The notes under the pieces were generated by a model. The model had not been told where the DNA came from. It was given only the letters and a program-made list of their open reading frames with translations, and ran no database searches. A program made the position numbers and the translations under genes. 64,000 nucleotides of DNA from a virus (lineage: Duplodnaviria > Caudoviricetes): IMG/VR virus record IMGVR_UViG_2935109043_000001, positions 1 to 64,000 of that record; one strand, written 5' to 3'. Numbering within the stretch: position 1 is the first letter of the stretch; every line of letters starts with the position of its first letter. This document shows, piece after piece, positions 9,287 through 18,696 of the stretch.

Positions 9287-10092
9287 ACCAGTCCACCGCC
9301 CGCGGCGCCTACCGCGCGCTCACCGACCACCGCTACTACCGGTACCGGGGCTGCGCGCCCGACCCTGACCAGCCCGACCGTGCCGCCGGCAACCCCGACG
9401 TGCCCCTCAACGCCTGGCTGCCACACACCGAGGACGGCGCGGAGGAGCAGCGGGACCGCATCGACCGTGAACGCGCCGCCATCGCCGTGTGCGAAGCATG
9501 CCCCGTACGGGCCCTGTGCGCGACGTACGCGTGCGCGGAGACCGACGGGCAGCTCACCGAACCGGAGGGTGTGTGGGGCGGCTTGCTCGCCCTGGACCGG
9601 CACCGGGAGCTGATCGGCCGCCGCACCGCCGAGCCCGCCATCCCCACGGTGACGGAGGTGACGCTCGCGGAGTGCCGCCGCGAGCAGAAGCAGATCGTCC
9701 TCGCCGCATTGGCGTCGCACTGGGACGAGGAGATCGTCGCCACCGCCGCGGGCATGGACCTGCGCACCACCAACTGGCACCGGTCCAGCCTGTGCGGGCT
9801 GCTCGGCCTCGACCGGGAGACCGCGACCCGCGCGCAGCTCCTCGCCGCGGCCGCCGAACACAGTGTGCTGCCCGCCGGGGTGCGGGTCGTGCGGGAGCCG
9901 TCCCCCGTCGCCGCAGCCCCAACAACGGACGGGGCCCGGCAGCGGCGCATAGCCGCAGGCGCCCCCATACAGCTCACCCTGCCCCTCGCCGGCGCGCTCC
10001 AGCTCCGCCGCCGACGCCGCACCCGCACCACCACCCCTCGCCCCCGCCCCGCTGCCCGCATCGTGGCCGACACCCTGGAGACCGCCGCATGA
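9283..10092 (+). CDS. WhiB-family Fe-S transcription regulator with C-terminal extension
   Basis: C...CEACPVRALC...GVWGG. Confidence 0.75.
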   Translation: MNQSTARGAYRALTDHRYYRYRGCAPDPDQPDRAAGNPDVPLNAWLPHTEDGAEEQRDRIDRERAAIAVCEACPVRALCATYACAETDGQLTEPEGVWGGLLALDRHRELIGRRTAEPAIPTVTEVTLAECRREQKQIVLAALASHWDEEIVATAAGMDLRTTNWHRSSLCGLLGLDRETATRAQLLAAAAEHSVLPAGVRVVREPSPVAAAPTTDGARQRRIAAGAPIQLTLPLAGALQLRRRRRTRTTTPRPRPAARIVADTLETAA

Positions 10093-10493
10093 CCACCCCC
10101 ACCCCTTCCACCACCGTGCACGCCGACGAGGCCCTCGCCGCGCGGGCCGCGCACAGTGCTGAGCAGATCGCCGGGTACCTGGTCCTCGGCCAGCTCGACA
10201 CGATCGGCCGCCCCGACAAGCTGCCCCACGACCTGTGGCCCGACCAGGACCCGGTGGTGGTGCAGGCCGTGTGGGACCGGGCGCTGGCGGTCGGCTACCG
10301 GGCTGGCCTGCACGCGTCCCGCCCCCGGTTCCATCGGGACACGCTCGACCGGCTGCGGGGAGTGCTGGAGGAGGCGGGCTGGCAGGCGATGGCCGGCCGG
10401 GCAGCGGCGGTCACGGACCTGCTCGCGGTGACGCCGGTGGACGACGGCCTGGACGCGCACGCCGGCATGGGTGTCGCGGAGGTGATCTGGTGA
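10089..10493 (+). CDS. hypothetical protein
   Basis: ATGA-coupled ORF MTTPTPSTT... Confidence 0.6.
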   Translation: MTTPTPSTTVHADEALAARAAHSAEQIAGYLVLGQLDTIGRPDKLPHDLWPDQDPVVVQAVWDRALAVGYRAGLHASRPRFHRDTLDRLRGVLEEAGWQAMAGRAAAVTDLLAVTPVDDGLDAHAGMGVAEVIW

Positions 10494-10894
10494 CGGCCGC
10501 GGGAAAGGGTCGGCCGCCGGTTTTCGACGACGGGGCTCGCGCCCGGTACCTGGCCGCGCTGGCGGCGGGCGGGTCGATGGTGGACGCGGCGACGGCGGGT
10601 GGGATCACGGCCCGGTGGGCGTCGCATCTCGCGTCGATCGACGCCGGGTTCGCTGAGGCCCGACGGGCAGCGAAGCGCGACGGCAGGGCGGCGAGGTTGG
10701 CGTTGAGGCCGCACGGGTCGGAGGGCCGGTACGTGCACGACCGGTGCCGGTGCGAGCTGTGCACGAAGGCGGCGGCTGTCGCTCGGCAGGCGCGGCGGGA
10801 CGCGGCAGGTGACGTGACGGATGGGGTTGGTGAGGTGAGCCTGCTGGTGGCGTCCCGGAGTCAGGAGGTCTTTTTGCCTGCTGAGGCTGCGTAG
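10490..10894 (+). CDS. HTH / Zn-binding hypothetical protein
   Basis: GRPP..F.., HTH-like segment, HG...Y...CRCELC motif. Confidence 0.6.
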   Translation: MTAAGKGRPPVFDDGARARYLAALAAGGSMVDAATAGGITARWASHLASIDAGFAEARRAAKRDGRAARLALRPHGSEGRYVHDRCRCELCTKAAAVARQARRDAAGDVTDGVGEVSLLVASRSQEVFLPAEAA

Positions 10895-11350
10895 TTGGGG
10901 TGGGTGGCCGGGAGGCCGGGGTGCTTGATGACCCTTATTTAGTTCCGTTTTTCGTCGGACACGGGGAGGGGTTGGGACGGGTGTGCGATGAGCTGGAATC
11001 CCTGACGCCCTGTCCGATCATCAACACGATGCGAGAGGAGGGGGACAAGTGACCGGTTCAACCGCTAGGCTGAGCCTTGCGCCAGACGACCCATCACGGG
11101 TCGGAGGGCGTAGGCAGCAGAACGGCCCCACTCCCCCGGCTGGTAACCGGGATCGATGCGGGGCCGGTGCCGCAGGCAGTCACCCACTACAGCGACTCCT
11201 ACGGCTGGCCAACACACAACAGAGAAAAGGTGCTGACATGCAGCAGAGTACCCGGGGACCCTCCCGGTCAGACAGGTGGACCAGCGATTCCGGCGTGAAC
11301 ATCACACTGCCGACGCACGCAGGCCCTGTCCCCACTACCCACACCGCACG

Positions 11351-11743
11351 ATGAGCGCCCAGGGCGAGGACATCCTCGCCTGGCTGGACGCTGCCATCGC
11401 CCGGGCAGAATCCGAGGCCGGCTACTCCGAAGGCGAGTTCATCTTCTTCGACGTAGGAGATGGGCAGATCGCTGACCACTACCAGCACGCGGGCTCTTCT
11501 GAGTCGGTCCTGCGTCGCTGCGCCGCCGACCGGAAGCTTCTCAACCTCCACGGTGACCGTTCGCACTCCTGCCCCGCTACGGGCGCCAACGGCTTCCCCG
11601 ACGAGTGGACCGAGTTCGGCCGTGCCGACATCTGCCCCGTCGTCCAGCTCCTCGCCGAGGGATACGGCTGGAACTCCGAGACTTCCCCCGCCAACCAGGC
11701 GCAGGGACAGACCCCACCCACTGAGGGGGATCAGGTGACGTAG
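11351..11743 (+). CDS. DUF6221-like phage protein
   Basis: VLRRCAADRKLL..H...CPVVQLLAEGYG. Confidence 0.6.
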   Translation: MSAQGEDILAWLDAAIARAESEAGYSEGEFIFFDVGDGQIADHYQHAGSSESVLRRCAADRKLLNLHGDRSHSCPATGANGFPDEWTEFGRADICPVVQLLAEGYGWNSETSPANQAQGQTPPTEGDQVT

Positions 11744-11961
11744 CTCTACTCGGCGGGAGATTTCCTCAACCGCCTGGCCGCCCACCTGGACCGGTACGCC
11801 AATACCTTCCAGGCCACTGCGGCCCACTTCCACGGCTCGACTCGCTACAGCCGAGCTAAGGCCCACCGGACGCCAATCCGCCGGGCGAACAACAGGTTCT
11901 CCCAGAACCGCACCCACCGAAGCGGGCTCTTTCGTGTCCGCAGAACGGAACGAGGTACATC

Positions 11962-13386
11962 TTGCAGTACGCGACGCCGTCTTGTCAGCTTCCGCGCGCC
12001 CGCACGGGCGATTCGCGGCAAAAGTCCACCCCACAGGTTGGCGAACTCGCCCCCCTCAACACCCCCGCCAACCAGCAGTGGATCTCCACCACCACCGGAC
12101 GCATCGCCACCGACGGCTACTCCTGGATGCAAGCCGTCCACTGGATCGCAGGCAGCGGCCTCTACACCCCCAACCGCGACCACGGGCCCAAATGGGGCCC
12201 CACGACCATCGTCATCGCCCAGGAGATCGCCAACCTCACCGAGTGCCGGCCGAGCGTCGACTACCTCGCCCGCAAGCTCAAGTGCTCCACCCGCACCGTC
12301 AAGTACCACCTCGGAATGCTCCGCGAGGCGGGCCTGCTCGTGTACCGCAGCAAGGGCACCCGCATCACCGGCAGCATCCGCCACGCCTCCGTCTTCGAGC
12401 GGGTCATCCCCGTCGCCTTCGACGAGGCGCTCGGTATCCGTTGCACCCTCCGCGACACCACCCAGCCCGCCTACACGCGCACCCCCGTCGGCATCGCCGA
12501 GGAGGGCCGCAAGCTCATCGGGAAGCTCGCCAAAAAGGCCGCCCGGAAGACCCGCCGCCGGGCCCGCCGCAGCCCTGTTTCGCGGGGGCAGCGTTGCACT
12601 CTAAGGGGGGGTGGTACCTCAGCGTCGTCTTCTGCGGGTATTTCCACTGGCCCCTCTGAGAGCAGCAAGCTCGCAAGCGGGACCCACAGTTCCCCCACCC
12701 CGAAGCAGTCGAAGCGCGCCCTCAACAAGGTTGGCCGCCGCTACCAGCTCGCCGGTGAACTCGTCGCCCTCATGCCGTGGCTGTCCCGCGCACCCAAGGC
12801 GCGAGTCGCTTGGGTCGCTCGCCACGTCGCCGACGCCGGCTGGACCGCCCTCGAAGTGCAGGCCGTCGTCGAGCAGGACCGGCCCATCACCGACGGCACC
12901 GTCCGCCGCGGTAGCGCTCTCCTGGCCTGCCGCCTGCGTGGTGTCCACGAGCTGTACAACACTCCGTCCCGCCGCCAGACCGCTGTTGCCCACTGGCGGG
13001 ACCAGCGCTGCAACGAGCACGCCCGTCACGAGGCGTACGACCTCATCACCGGCCCCATCAGCAGCGGCGCTGTCCGCCGCCTCGTCCAGGGCGTCGTCAA
13101 CCGCCTCCACCAGCCCGCCCAGGAGCCTGTCTCCGACGAGGAGACCTTCACCGTCGTCGCCGACACCGAGGACACCGTCACGGTGCAGCCCGTCGAGTTC
13201 GATGACGAGACGAAGAAGCTCAACCGCAAAGCAGCCCGAGCCGACCACAACCTCGTCACCGCTGCCCTCGCCAGCGGCATGACCGAGGACACCGCCAACG
13301 CCCTCTTCGGTGCTGATCTCGTCAGCCTCGCCCAGGGCATCGCCCGCGCCACCGCCCGCGGCAACCTCCGCCTCGACGCCCGCTAA
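11962..13386 (+). CDS. HTH replication-initiator-like protein (start uncertain)
   Basis: wHTH RPSVDYLARKLKCSTRTVKYHLGMLREAGLL; Ser/Gly linker; upstream of DciA-like and parBA genes. Confidence 0.6.
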   Translation: MQYATPSCQLPRARTGDSRQKSTPQVGELAPLNTPANQQWISTTTGRIATDGYSWMQAVHWIAGSGLYTPNRDHGPKWGPTTIVIAQEIANLTECRPSVDYLARKLKCSTRTVKYHLGMLREAGLLVYRSKGTRITGSIRHASVFERVIPVAFDEALGIRCTLRDTTQPAYTRTPVGIAEEGRKLIGKLAKKAARKTRRRARRSPVSRGQRCTLRGGGTSASSSAGISTGPSESSKLASGTHSSPTPKQSKRALNKVGRRYQLAGELVALMPWLSRAPKARVAWVARHVADAGWTALEVQAVVEQDRPITDGTVRRGSALLACRLRGVHELYNTPSRRQTAVAHWRDQRCNEHARHEAYDLITGPISSGAVRRLVQGVVNRLHQPAQEPVSDEETFTVVADTEDTVTVQPVEFDDETKKLNRKAARADHNLVTAALASGMTEDTANALFGADLVSLAQGIARATARGNLRLDAR

Positions 13387-13397
13387 GGAGCCACGCC

Positions 13398-14147
13398 ATG
13401 ACCGACCAGACCCCCGCTCAGCGTCCGGCTCTCACCGGCGCCGACCTCGCCCGCGACACCCTCCGCGCCTACGCCCGCACCGCCAAAACCCAGCCCGCCA
13501 CCAAGCCCCCCTCACGCAAGCGCGGCATCACCCGCGGCCGCGGCCGCGACCCCGTCCGCGCCGGCTCTGTCATCGCCGCCATTACCGACCTCCCCGAATG
13601 GTCCGGAGGCGTCGCTGGCGGTGTCATCGCCGACCGCTGGGCCGAGCTGTGCCCCCAGTACGCCGGTGGCCTGGTCACCCCCGTCGCCTACGACCCGGAG
13701 CGGGGGCGCCTCGACCTGCGGCCGTCCACCACGGCCTACGCCACGCAGCTCCGGCTCCTCGGCGGTGCCCTCGCCAAGCAGATCAACGACAAGCTCGGCG
13801 AAGCCAGGGTCCGCGCGATCCGCGTCCTGGCCCCCGGCGCCGCCACGTCCCCGGCCGGCGACCGTTCGGCGAAGGCCACCGCGGAGGGCCCCGTGCGTAC
13901 CCGCGAGGACGCCCCCGTCGGCTTTCAGGACGCGCACGCCGCCATCCAGCAGGTCCGCATCGAGCGAGAGGCCCTGACCGGTGACGAGCGTCGCTGGTCC
14001 CGGGAACCCCAAGCCGCGTTCGCGGCCCTCGTCGAGTCCGGTGCCGCCTACCACCCCGCCACCATGACCGGCCGCCGCTCCTGCGAGGAATCCAGGCAAG
14101 CCGCCATCCGCGCCAAGAAGGCCGCCCGACAGGCAGACGCCGCATGA
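13398..14147 (+). CDS. DciA/DUF721-family protein
   Basis: GRDPV..G.VI...W...RWAEL...GRLDL....AYATQLRLL...L...IN..LG...V..IRV. Confidence 0.75.
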   Translation: MTDQTPAQRPALTGADLARDTLRAYARTAKTQPATKPPSRKRGITRGRGRDPVRAGSVIAAITDLPEWSGGVAGGVIADRWAELCPQYAGGLVTPVAYDPERGRLDLRPSTTAYATQLRLLGGALAKQINDKLGEARVRAIRVLAPGAATSPAGDRSAKATAEGPVRTREDAPVGFQDAHAAIQQVRIEREALTGDERRWSREPQAAFAALVESGAAYHPATMTGRRSCEESRQAAIRAKKAARQADAA

Positions 14148-14148
14148 A

Positions 14149-14167
14149 GTGATTGCCCCGCAATCAC
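14149..14167. promoter_or_regulatory. parS-like palindrome 1
   Basis: GTGATTGC-CCC-GCAATCAC. Confidence 0.8.
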
Positions 14168-14303
14168 CTGAAACACCTCCGGAACCGGCCCATACACAGC
14201 CACTTTGGGCGTTCAGCCCCGGGCCGCTATCAGTCCTGGAACGCCGTGACGGATAAGCTCACCCGCTGAGACCCGCCATCGGCACCACCCACCCGGAGAT
14301 TCC

Positions 14304-15449
14304 ATGCCCGGAATGCCACGCAAAGACCTCAACGCGACGCGCAACCAGCAGGCACAGCAACGCCTCTTCAGCCAGACAACCGAGCTTCCCGTGGCGGACC
14401 TTCTCCCCAGCCCCGAGAACGGCCGCCGCGTACTCCGCGGCGTCGACAACCTCGCCGAAGCGCTGAAGGTCGCAGGCATGGTCCAAGCGATGACCGTTGT
14501 CACCGCCGACACATACATCTCGCACTACCCCAAGCACGAACAGCACGTGCGGAACGCCGGCAAGAAGTACGTCGTGCTCCACGGCCACCGACGCCTAGCC
14601 GCCGCACAGAAAGCCAACCTGGACAAGGTCCCCGTCTACCTCCGCAAGACGGTCACCAGCATGCGCATCGCCGCCATCCAGGAGAACGAGAACCGCCTCG
14701 GCCTCGACCCCGTGGAACAAGGCGCCGAGTACCAGGCCGCCATGGAGGAGAACGGCATTTCCCAGCGGGAGCTGGCCCGGCAACTGGGCGGGACCTCGCA
14801 GACCAACATCTCTCACCGGGTCAAGCTGCTCTCCCTCATTCCGGAGCTTCAGCAGGCCGTCGTGAACCACTGGCTGAAGCGGAACGGCCTGGAGCAGGAA
14901 ATGGACGGGGACTTGCTCCTCCCTGTGAAGGAAGCCGCAACCGTTCTGGCGAGCCTCCGCGACGACCTTCAGCGCGCCTACGCCGCCGGTGAGATCACCT
15001 TCGAGCAGGCCGCTGCCATCGTGAAGAGCAAGACGCCGAAGGAGCACCAGGAGGTCCCTGCCAGTCAGTCGCAGGACCAGGCGCCAGCGGCCACCACTCC
15101 TGCCGCCGCGTCGACCGCTTCCGCACCGGCACCGGCCGGCCAGGAGAACGCCCCACTGCCAAGCCCGCGTAACGCACAGCCCACCGTTCCCGAGCCGACG
15201 CCTACCGTCCCCGCATCGGCAGGTACGCAGCAGACACGCGAGGCCACTCCAGCCCCGCAAACCGCCCCCTCGCCTGATGCAACAGCCGAACCCGAGCCCG
15301 CACCGCATGAGCCCGAGACCGCAACCCACACTCCCCACAGCCGCGGAACGATCCCCATCACCACAGTCGAAGCCATTTACACAGGGCTCAAGAAGAACCT
15401 CACGCCTGAGGAGTTCGAGCAGTTGCAGGAACTCATCATCAGCGACTGA
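14304..15449 (+). CDS. parB: ParB-family partition protein
   Basis: LLPSPEN.R, GHRRLAAA, ENENRLGL, HTH SQRELARQLG. Confidence 0.9.
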   Translation: MPGMPRKDLNATRNQQAQQRLFSQTTELPVADLLPSPENGRRVLRGVDNLAEALKVAGMVQAMTVVTADTYISHYPKHEQHVRNAGKKYVVLHGHRRLAAAQKANLDKVPVYLRKTVTSMRIAAIQENENRLGLDPVEQGAEYQAAMEENGISQRELARQLGGTSQTNISHRVKLLSLIPELQQAVVNHWLKRNGLEQEMDGDLLLPVKEAATVLASLRDDLQRAYAAGEITFEQAAAIVKSKTPKEHQEVPASQSQDQAPAATTPAAASTASAPAPAGQENAPLPSPRNAQPTVPEPTPTVPASAGTQQTREATPAPQTAPSPDATAEPEPAPHEPETATHTPHSRGTIPITTVEAIYTGLKKNLTPEEFEQLQELIISD

Positions 15450-15587
15450 TCGCACTCCGCCTGAAGCCGCCCCGCTCACACGTGGCGGCTAGCGCACCTC
15501 CGGCTGTAAGCGGTAGCGTGCCTACCACTACCCCATTGCCATCCGTGCCCGCCGCGCTGTCCCTCCGCGCAGGCCCAGAGCGCGAAA

Positions 15588-15606
15588 GTGATTGCGGGGC
15601 AATCAC
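15588..15606. promoter_or_regulatory. parS-like palindrome 2
   Basis: GTGATTGC-GGG-GCAATCAC. Confidence 0.8.
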
Positions 15607-15700
15607 CCTCCTCCCAGCGCTCGGTCCACGCCGGCTACCAGAGACAGCGGTCCACGGAACAGGCCCAGCATCGCCGCGCGGCTCACGCCCAATCCCATGA

Positions 15701-15719
15701 GTGATTGCGCGGCAATCAC
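15701..15719. promoter_or_regulatory. parS-like palindrome 3
   Basis: GTGATTGC-GCG-GCAATCAC just upstream of the parA RBS. Confidence 0.8.
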
Positions 15720-15731
15720 TGTGGAGACGTC

Positions 15732-16580
15732 ATGACCCCTCAGGCCACCACTTCCGCCCGCGTCATCTCGATGACCAACCAGGTCGGAGGCTCCGGCAAA
15801 TCAACCTCAGCCGTGAACCTCGGGGCGCAGCTCGCCGAGTTCGGCCTCACCACCCTCATCGTCGATGCTGACGACCAGTGTGACGCCTCCGTTGCCCTCG
15901 GCTACGAGTACCCCGATCAGCTTGACGACCAGAAGACCATCTACCACTGCCTCACCCAGCGGGGCACCAAGCTCGCAGAGGCGATCGTCCCCGCCTTCTG
16001 CGGCCCGCATGAGGATGAGTCCAGCCGCGTCATCGAAAACCTCTACCTCGTTCTCGGCTCCGGCGAGATGGAGAGCGCCGAGCAGTACCTCACCCCGGTG
16101 ACCGGACGGGAGCAGTGGCTCAAGAAGCTCCTGGAGCCCGTCAAGAACGACTATGACGTCATCATCATCGACTGCCCCGGCTCGCTCGGAGTCGTCGTCA
16201 TCGGGGCGATCCTCGCCAGCGACGACGTGATCGCCTGCATCAAGCCCGGCTACAAGGAGCTTCGCGGCCTCACCCGCATCGAGCAGAAGATCGAGGTGGT
16301 GAAGGACATGTTCGGGGCGAACGGCGCACACGCTGATCTGACGGGCGTTCTCCTGGTCGACGTGCCGACGCACCGGTCGCAGGGCGCGGTGTGGGACGAC
16401 GGGAAGAAGATGGCGCAGGAGGCGTACGGAGACCTCGTGCTGCCGCCGGTCCGCCGGTCCACGAAGATCCCCGAGTCGTACGCCCATCAGAAGCCGCTGA
16501 TCTACTTTGACCGGGCTGGTGAAGCTACCGCCGACTACCTCGCTGTCGCCAAGGCGCTGGGCTTCAAGCGTCAGCAGTGA
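15732..16580 (+). CDS. parA: ParA-family partition ATPase
   Basis: NQVGGSGKSTS, VDADDQ, YDVIIIDCPG. Confidence 0.92.
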   Translation: MTPQATTSARVISMTNQVGGSGKSTSAVNLGAQLAEFGLTTLIVDADDQCDASVALGYEYPDQLDDQKTIYHCLTQRGTKLAEAIVPAFCGPHEDESSRVIENLYLVLGSGEMESAEQYLTPVTGREQWLKKLLEPVKNDYDVIIIDCPGSLGVVVIGAILASDDVIACIKPGYKELRGLTRIEQKIEVVKDMFGANGAHADLTGVLLVDVPTHRSQGAVWDDGKKMAQEAYGDLVLPPVRRSTKIPESYAHQKPLIYFDRAGEATADYLAVAKALGFKRQQ

Positions 16581-16594
16581 TTGCGGGGCAATCA
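16577..16594. promoter_or_regulatory. parS-like palindrome 4, overlapping the parA stop
   Basis: GTGATTGC-GGG-GCAATCA. Confidence 0.75.
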
Positions 16595-17033
16595 GCGTCG
16601 ATCGAGCCTGCGTGCAGCAGGAGGTTAGACTCGGTGCCCCCGGGTCGCTGCAAGGCGTTCTCGGCGGGTCTCAGACGCCCCCACACGCTGGTGTGGGGGC
16701 GTCCCCGTTTCATGCGGCGTCGCCTCTATCTCGTGACCAGCCGCACGGCTACAATCACCGTCATCTGACGGGCGTGCCCGTGAGGTCTCAGGCCCCCGGC
16801 CCGAAGGCGTGTTGTCGGCAAAACTCCATGCCCCGGACCGGGGGCCTACCCGTACCCAAAACCAGCACACACCGGCCACCCCTAGTGCCCATTTGGTCAC
16901 TGTCCGCCGAAATGTGAGCCTGGCCTTACCCACCACCCCACGGTGCTGGCACAGTGACGTACGCGCACGTGATCTGGCAGCACAGCGCACGCAAGCCCCC
17001 ACCCTTCCCCTGCCAGAGGAGCGGAGACGCACC

Positions 17034-17405
17034 ATGCCCGGACACACCCCGGCTGGTCACCCGCACGCCCACACCGGCGCCGACGTCATCCCCATGCGAC
17101 GCGACCGCCGACGCCACCCCGCAGCCGTCCCCCACGGCAACGCAGCCCCGCAGCTTGAGGAGCCCGTCCCCGCCGGCGCACCCACCCCCGCCGAGGAACA
17201 GCTCCTCCGCGTCGTCGAAGGCGTCTTCGTCGAGCGGGGTCTCACCCTCGCCGACCCGCAGACCGCTGAGGCGTTCCACGCGGCCCTCGACCTGGCCGTC
17301 CTCGCCGTCGACGCGGCACGCGCCAAGGGCACCGTCGACCACGCCGGGCAGGCCACGATCGCCGACACGATCAGCAACATGCGGAACGTCCCCGACTGGC
17401 TGTGA
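17034..17405 (+). CDS. hypothetical protein
   Basis: MPGHTPAG...; RBS GGAG. Confidence 0.6.
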   Translation: MPGHTPAGHPHAHTGADVIPMRRDRRRHPAAVPHGNAAPQLEEPVPAGAPTPAEEQLLRVVEGVFVERGLTLADPQTAEAFHAALDLAVLAVDAARAKGTVDHAGQATIADTISNMRNVPDWL

Positions 17406-17620
17406 ATATGCCGAACTGTCATGCCTCCACGTTGTGACTGATCGACAACACTCCCGCACCCAGCGTGAATTCACGCGTTGGTTCGCATTCAACAACCCGT
17501 CTAACCGTGCCATCATGAGTCGTCCGGAACCACCCGGAACACTCTCTCCGGCCCCCGGCGCACACCCGTCCCATGCCCACGCACGGACCCGTCCTGCGCC
17601 ACCCTCAAAAGGGGCCGCCG

Positions 17621-18184
17621 ATGGAACGGGGAGCCATCATGGGGCAGCACGAGGACACCATCACCACCGCAGCAGCACGCCTGCGGCAGCTCGGCGCCGA
17701 CATCACCGCCCTCCGCGGCCCCGCCGGCGACACCAACCGAACACCCACCCGCGTCCACGCGCCCGCCCCCCTCGACCTCGGCATCCTCGACCACATGGTC
17801 GCCGCCCGGGACGAGGTCATCGACCACACCCGCGCGCACCAGCCCGACGCGGCGCCCGCCCCCGCCGACGAGAACATCTACGCGTGGATGGACGCCAACA
17901 CAGCGCACCTCGACGACGCCAAGCGCCGCGCCGGCCACGCCCTCGTCGTACGGCAGTCCATGGAGCACGCACTCCTCGCCGGCGACGAGACCGTCATCCG
18001 CCGCGAGCCCTGCCCGCGCTGCGCCTGCTGGGGCCTGTCCTGGCAGACGGGTCCGCGGCACGCGGTATGCCTCAACCGCCGGTGCTCGACGCCCGGCGGC
18101 GGCCCCAGCACCTGGACCCTCGCCCAGCTCGCCCACCACCACACCACACGCCTCGAAACGATCAACGTACAGAGCGCAACCTGA
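17621..18184 (+). CDS. Zn-finger hypothetical protein
   Basis: CPRCACWGL...C.NRRC. Confidence 0.65.
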   Translation: MERGAIMGQHEDTITTAAARLRQLGADITALRGPAGDTNRTPTRVHAPAPLDLGILDHMVAARDEVIDHTRAHQPDAAPAPADENIYAWMDANTAHLDDAKRRAGHALVVRQSMEHALLAGDETVIRREPCPRCACWGLSWQTGPRHAVCLNRRCSTPGGGPSTWTLAQLAHHHTTRLETINVQSAT

Positions 18185-18324
18185 CATCTCGCATGACGGT
18201 CTAACCAGCAACACCCACCCGTAACACCCAACACCCCAGCCCCCACCCTTCACCCACCCGGGGGCTGGAACCCGATTCGGCGGTCGGAGCTGCGGACGAC
18301 GGCCCTCGATGAGGGAGGCCCCTC

Positions 18325-18543
18325 GTGGCCGCGCACCTACTCGCCCCTGTCGTCGACCTCGTCACCATCAAGGAGGCCATCGCCCTGCTCGCTGAGACGG
18401 GGCACGGCATATCGGAGAGCACCCTCAAGCGGGCCCTGCGCAGCCGGAATGTGCGCGGTGAGCGGATCGGCCGGGTGGTACTCCACTCGTATACGGATGT
18501 GCTGGAGGCGCACCGGGACCTGATCGCGGCCCGTACGCGCTGA
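18325..18543 (+). CDS. small HTH DNA-binding protein
   Basis: LVTIKEAIALL..GHGISESTLKR; RBS GGGAGG. Confidence 0.7.
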   Translation: MAAHLLAPVVDLVTIKEAIALLAETGHGISESTLKRALRSRNVRGERIGRVVLHSYTDVLEAHRDLIAARTR

Positions 18544-18601
18544 CTGGCTGGACTGCCCCACTTCTGCTTCGGCGGGGGTGGGGCTTTCTCATGCCCGCAC
18601 C

Positions 18602-18632
18602 CATACTCTATTGCGTCACGCAATGGAGTATG
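18602..18632. promoter_or_regulatory. 31-bp palindrome, copy 2
   Basis: CATACTCTATTGCG-TCA-CGCAATGGAGTATG, right after a terminator-like hairpin. Confidence 0.85.
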
Positions 18633-18696
18633 GGAGAGTGGTCGTGCCGACAACACCAGCCCCCAACAAGGCTGATGGAACCCAAGGAGCCACGAC

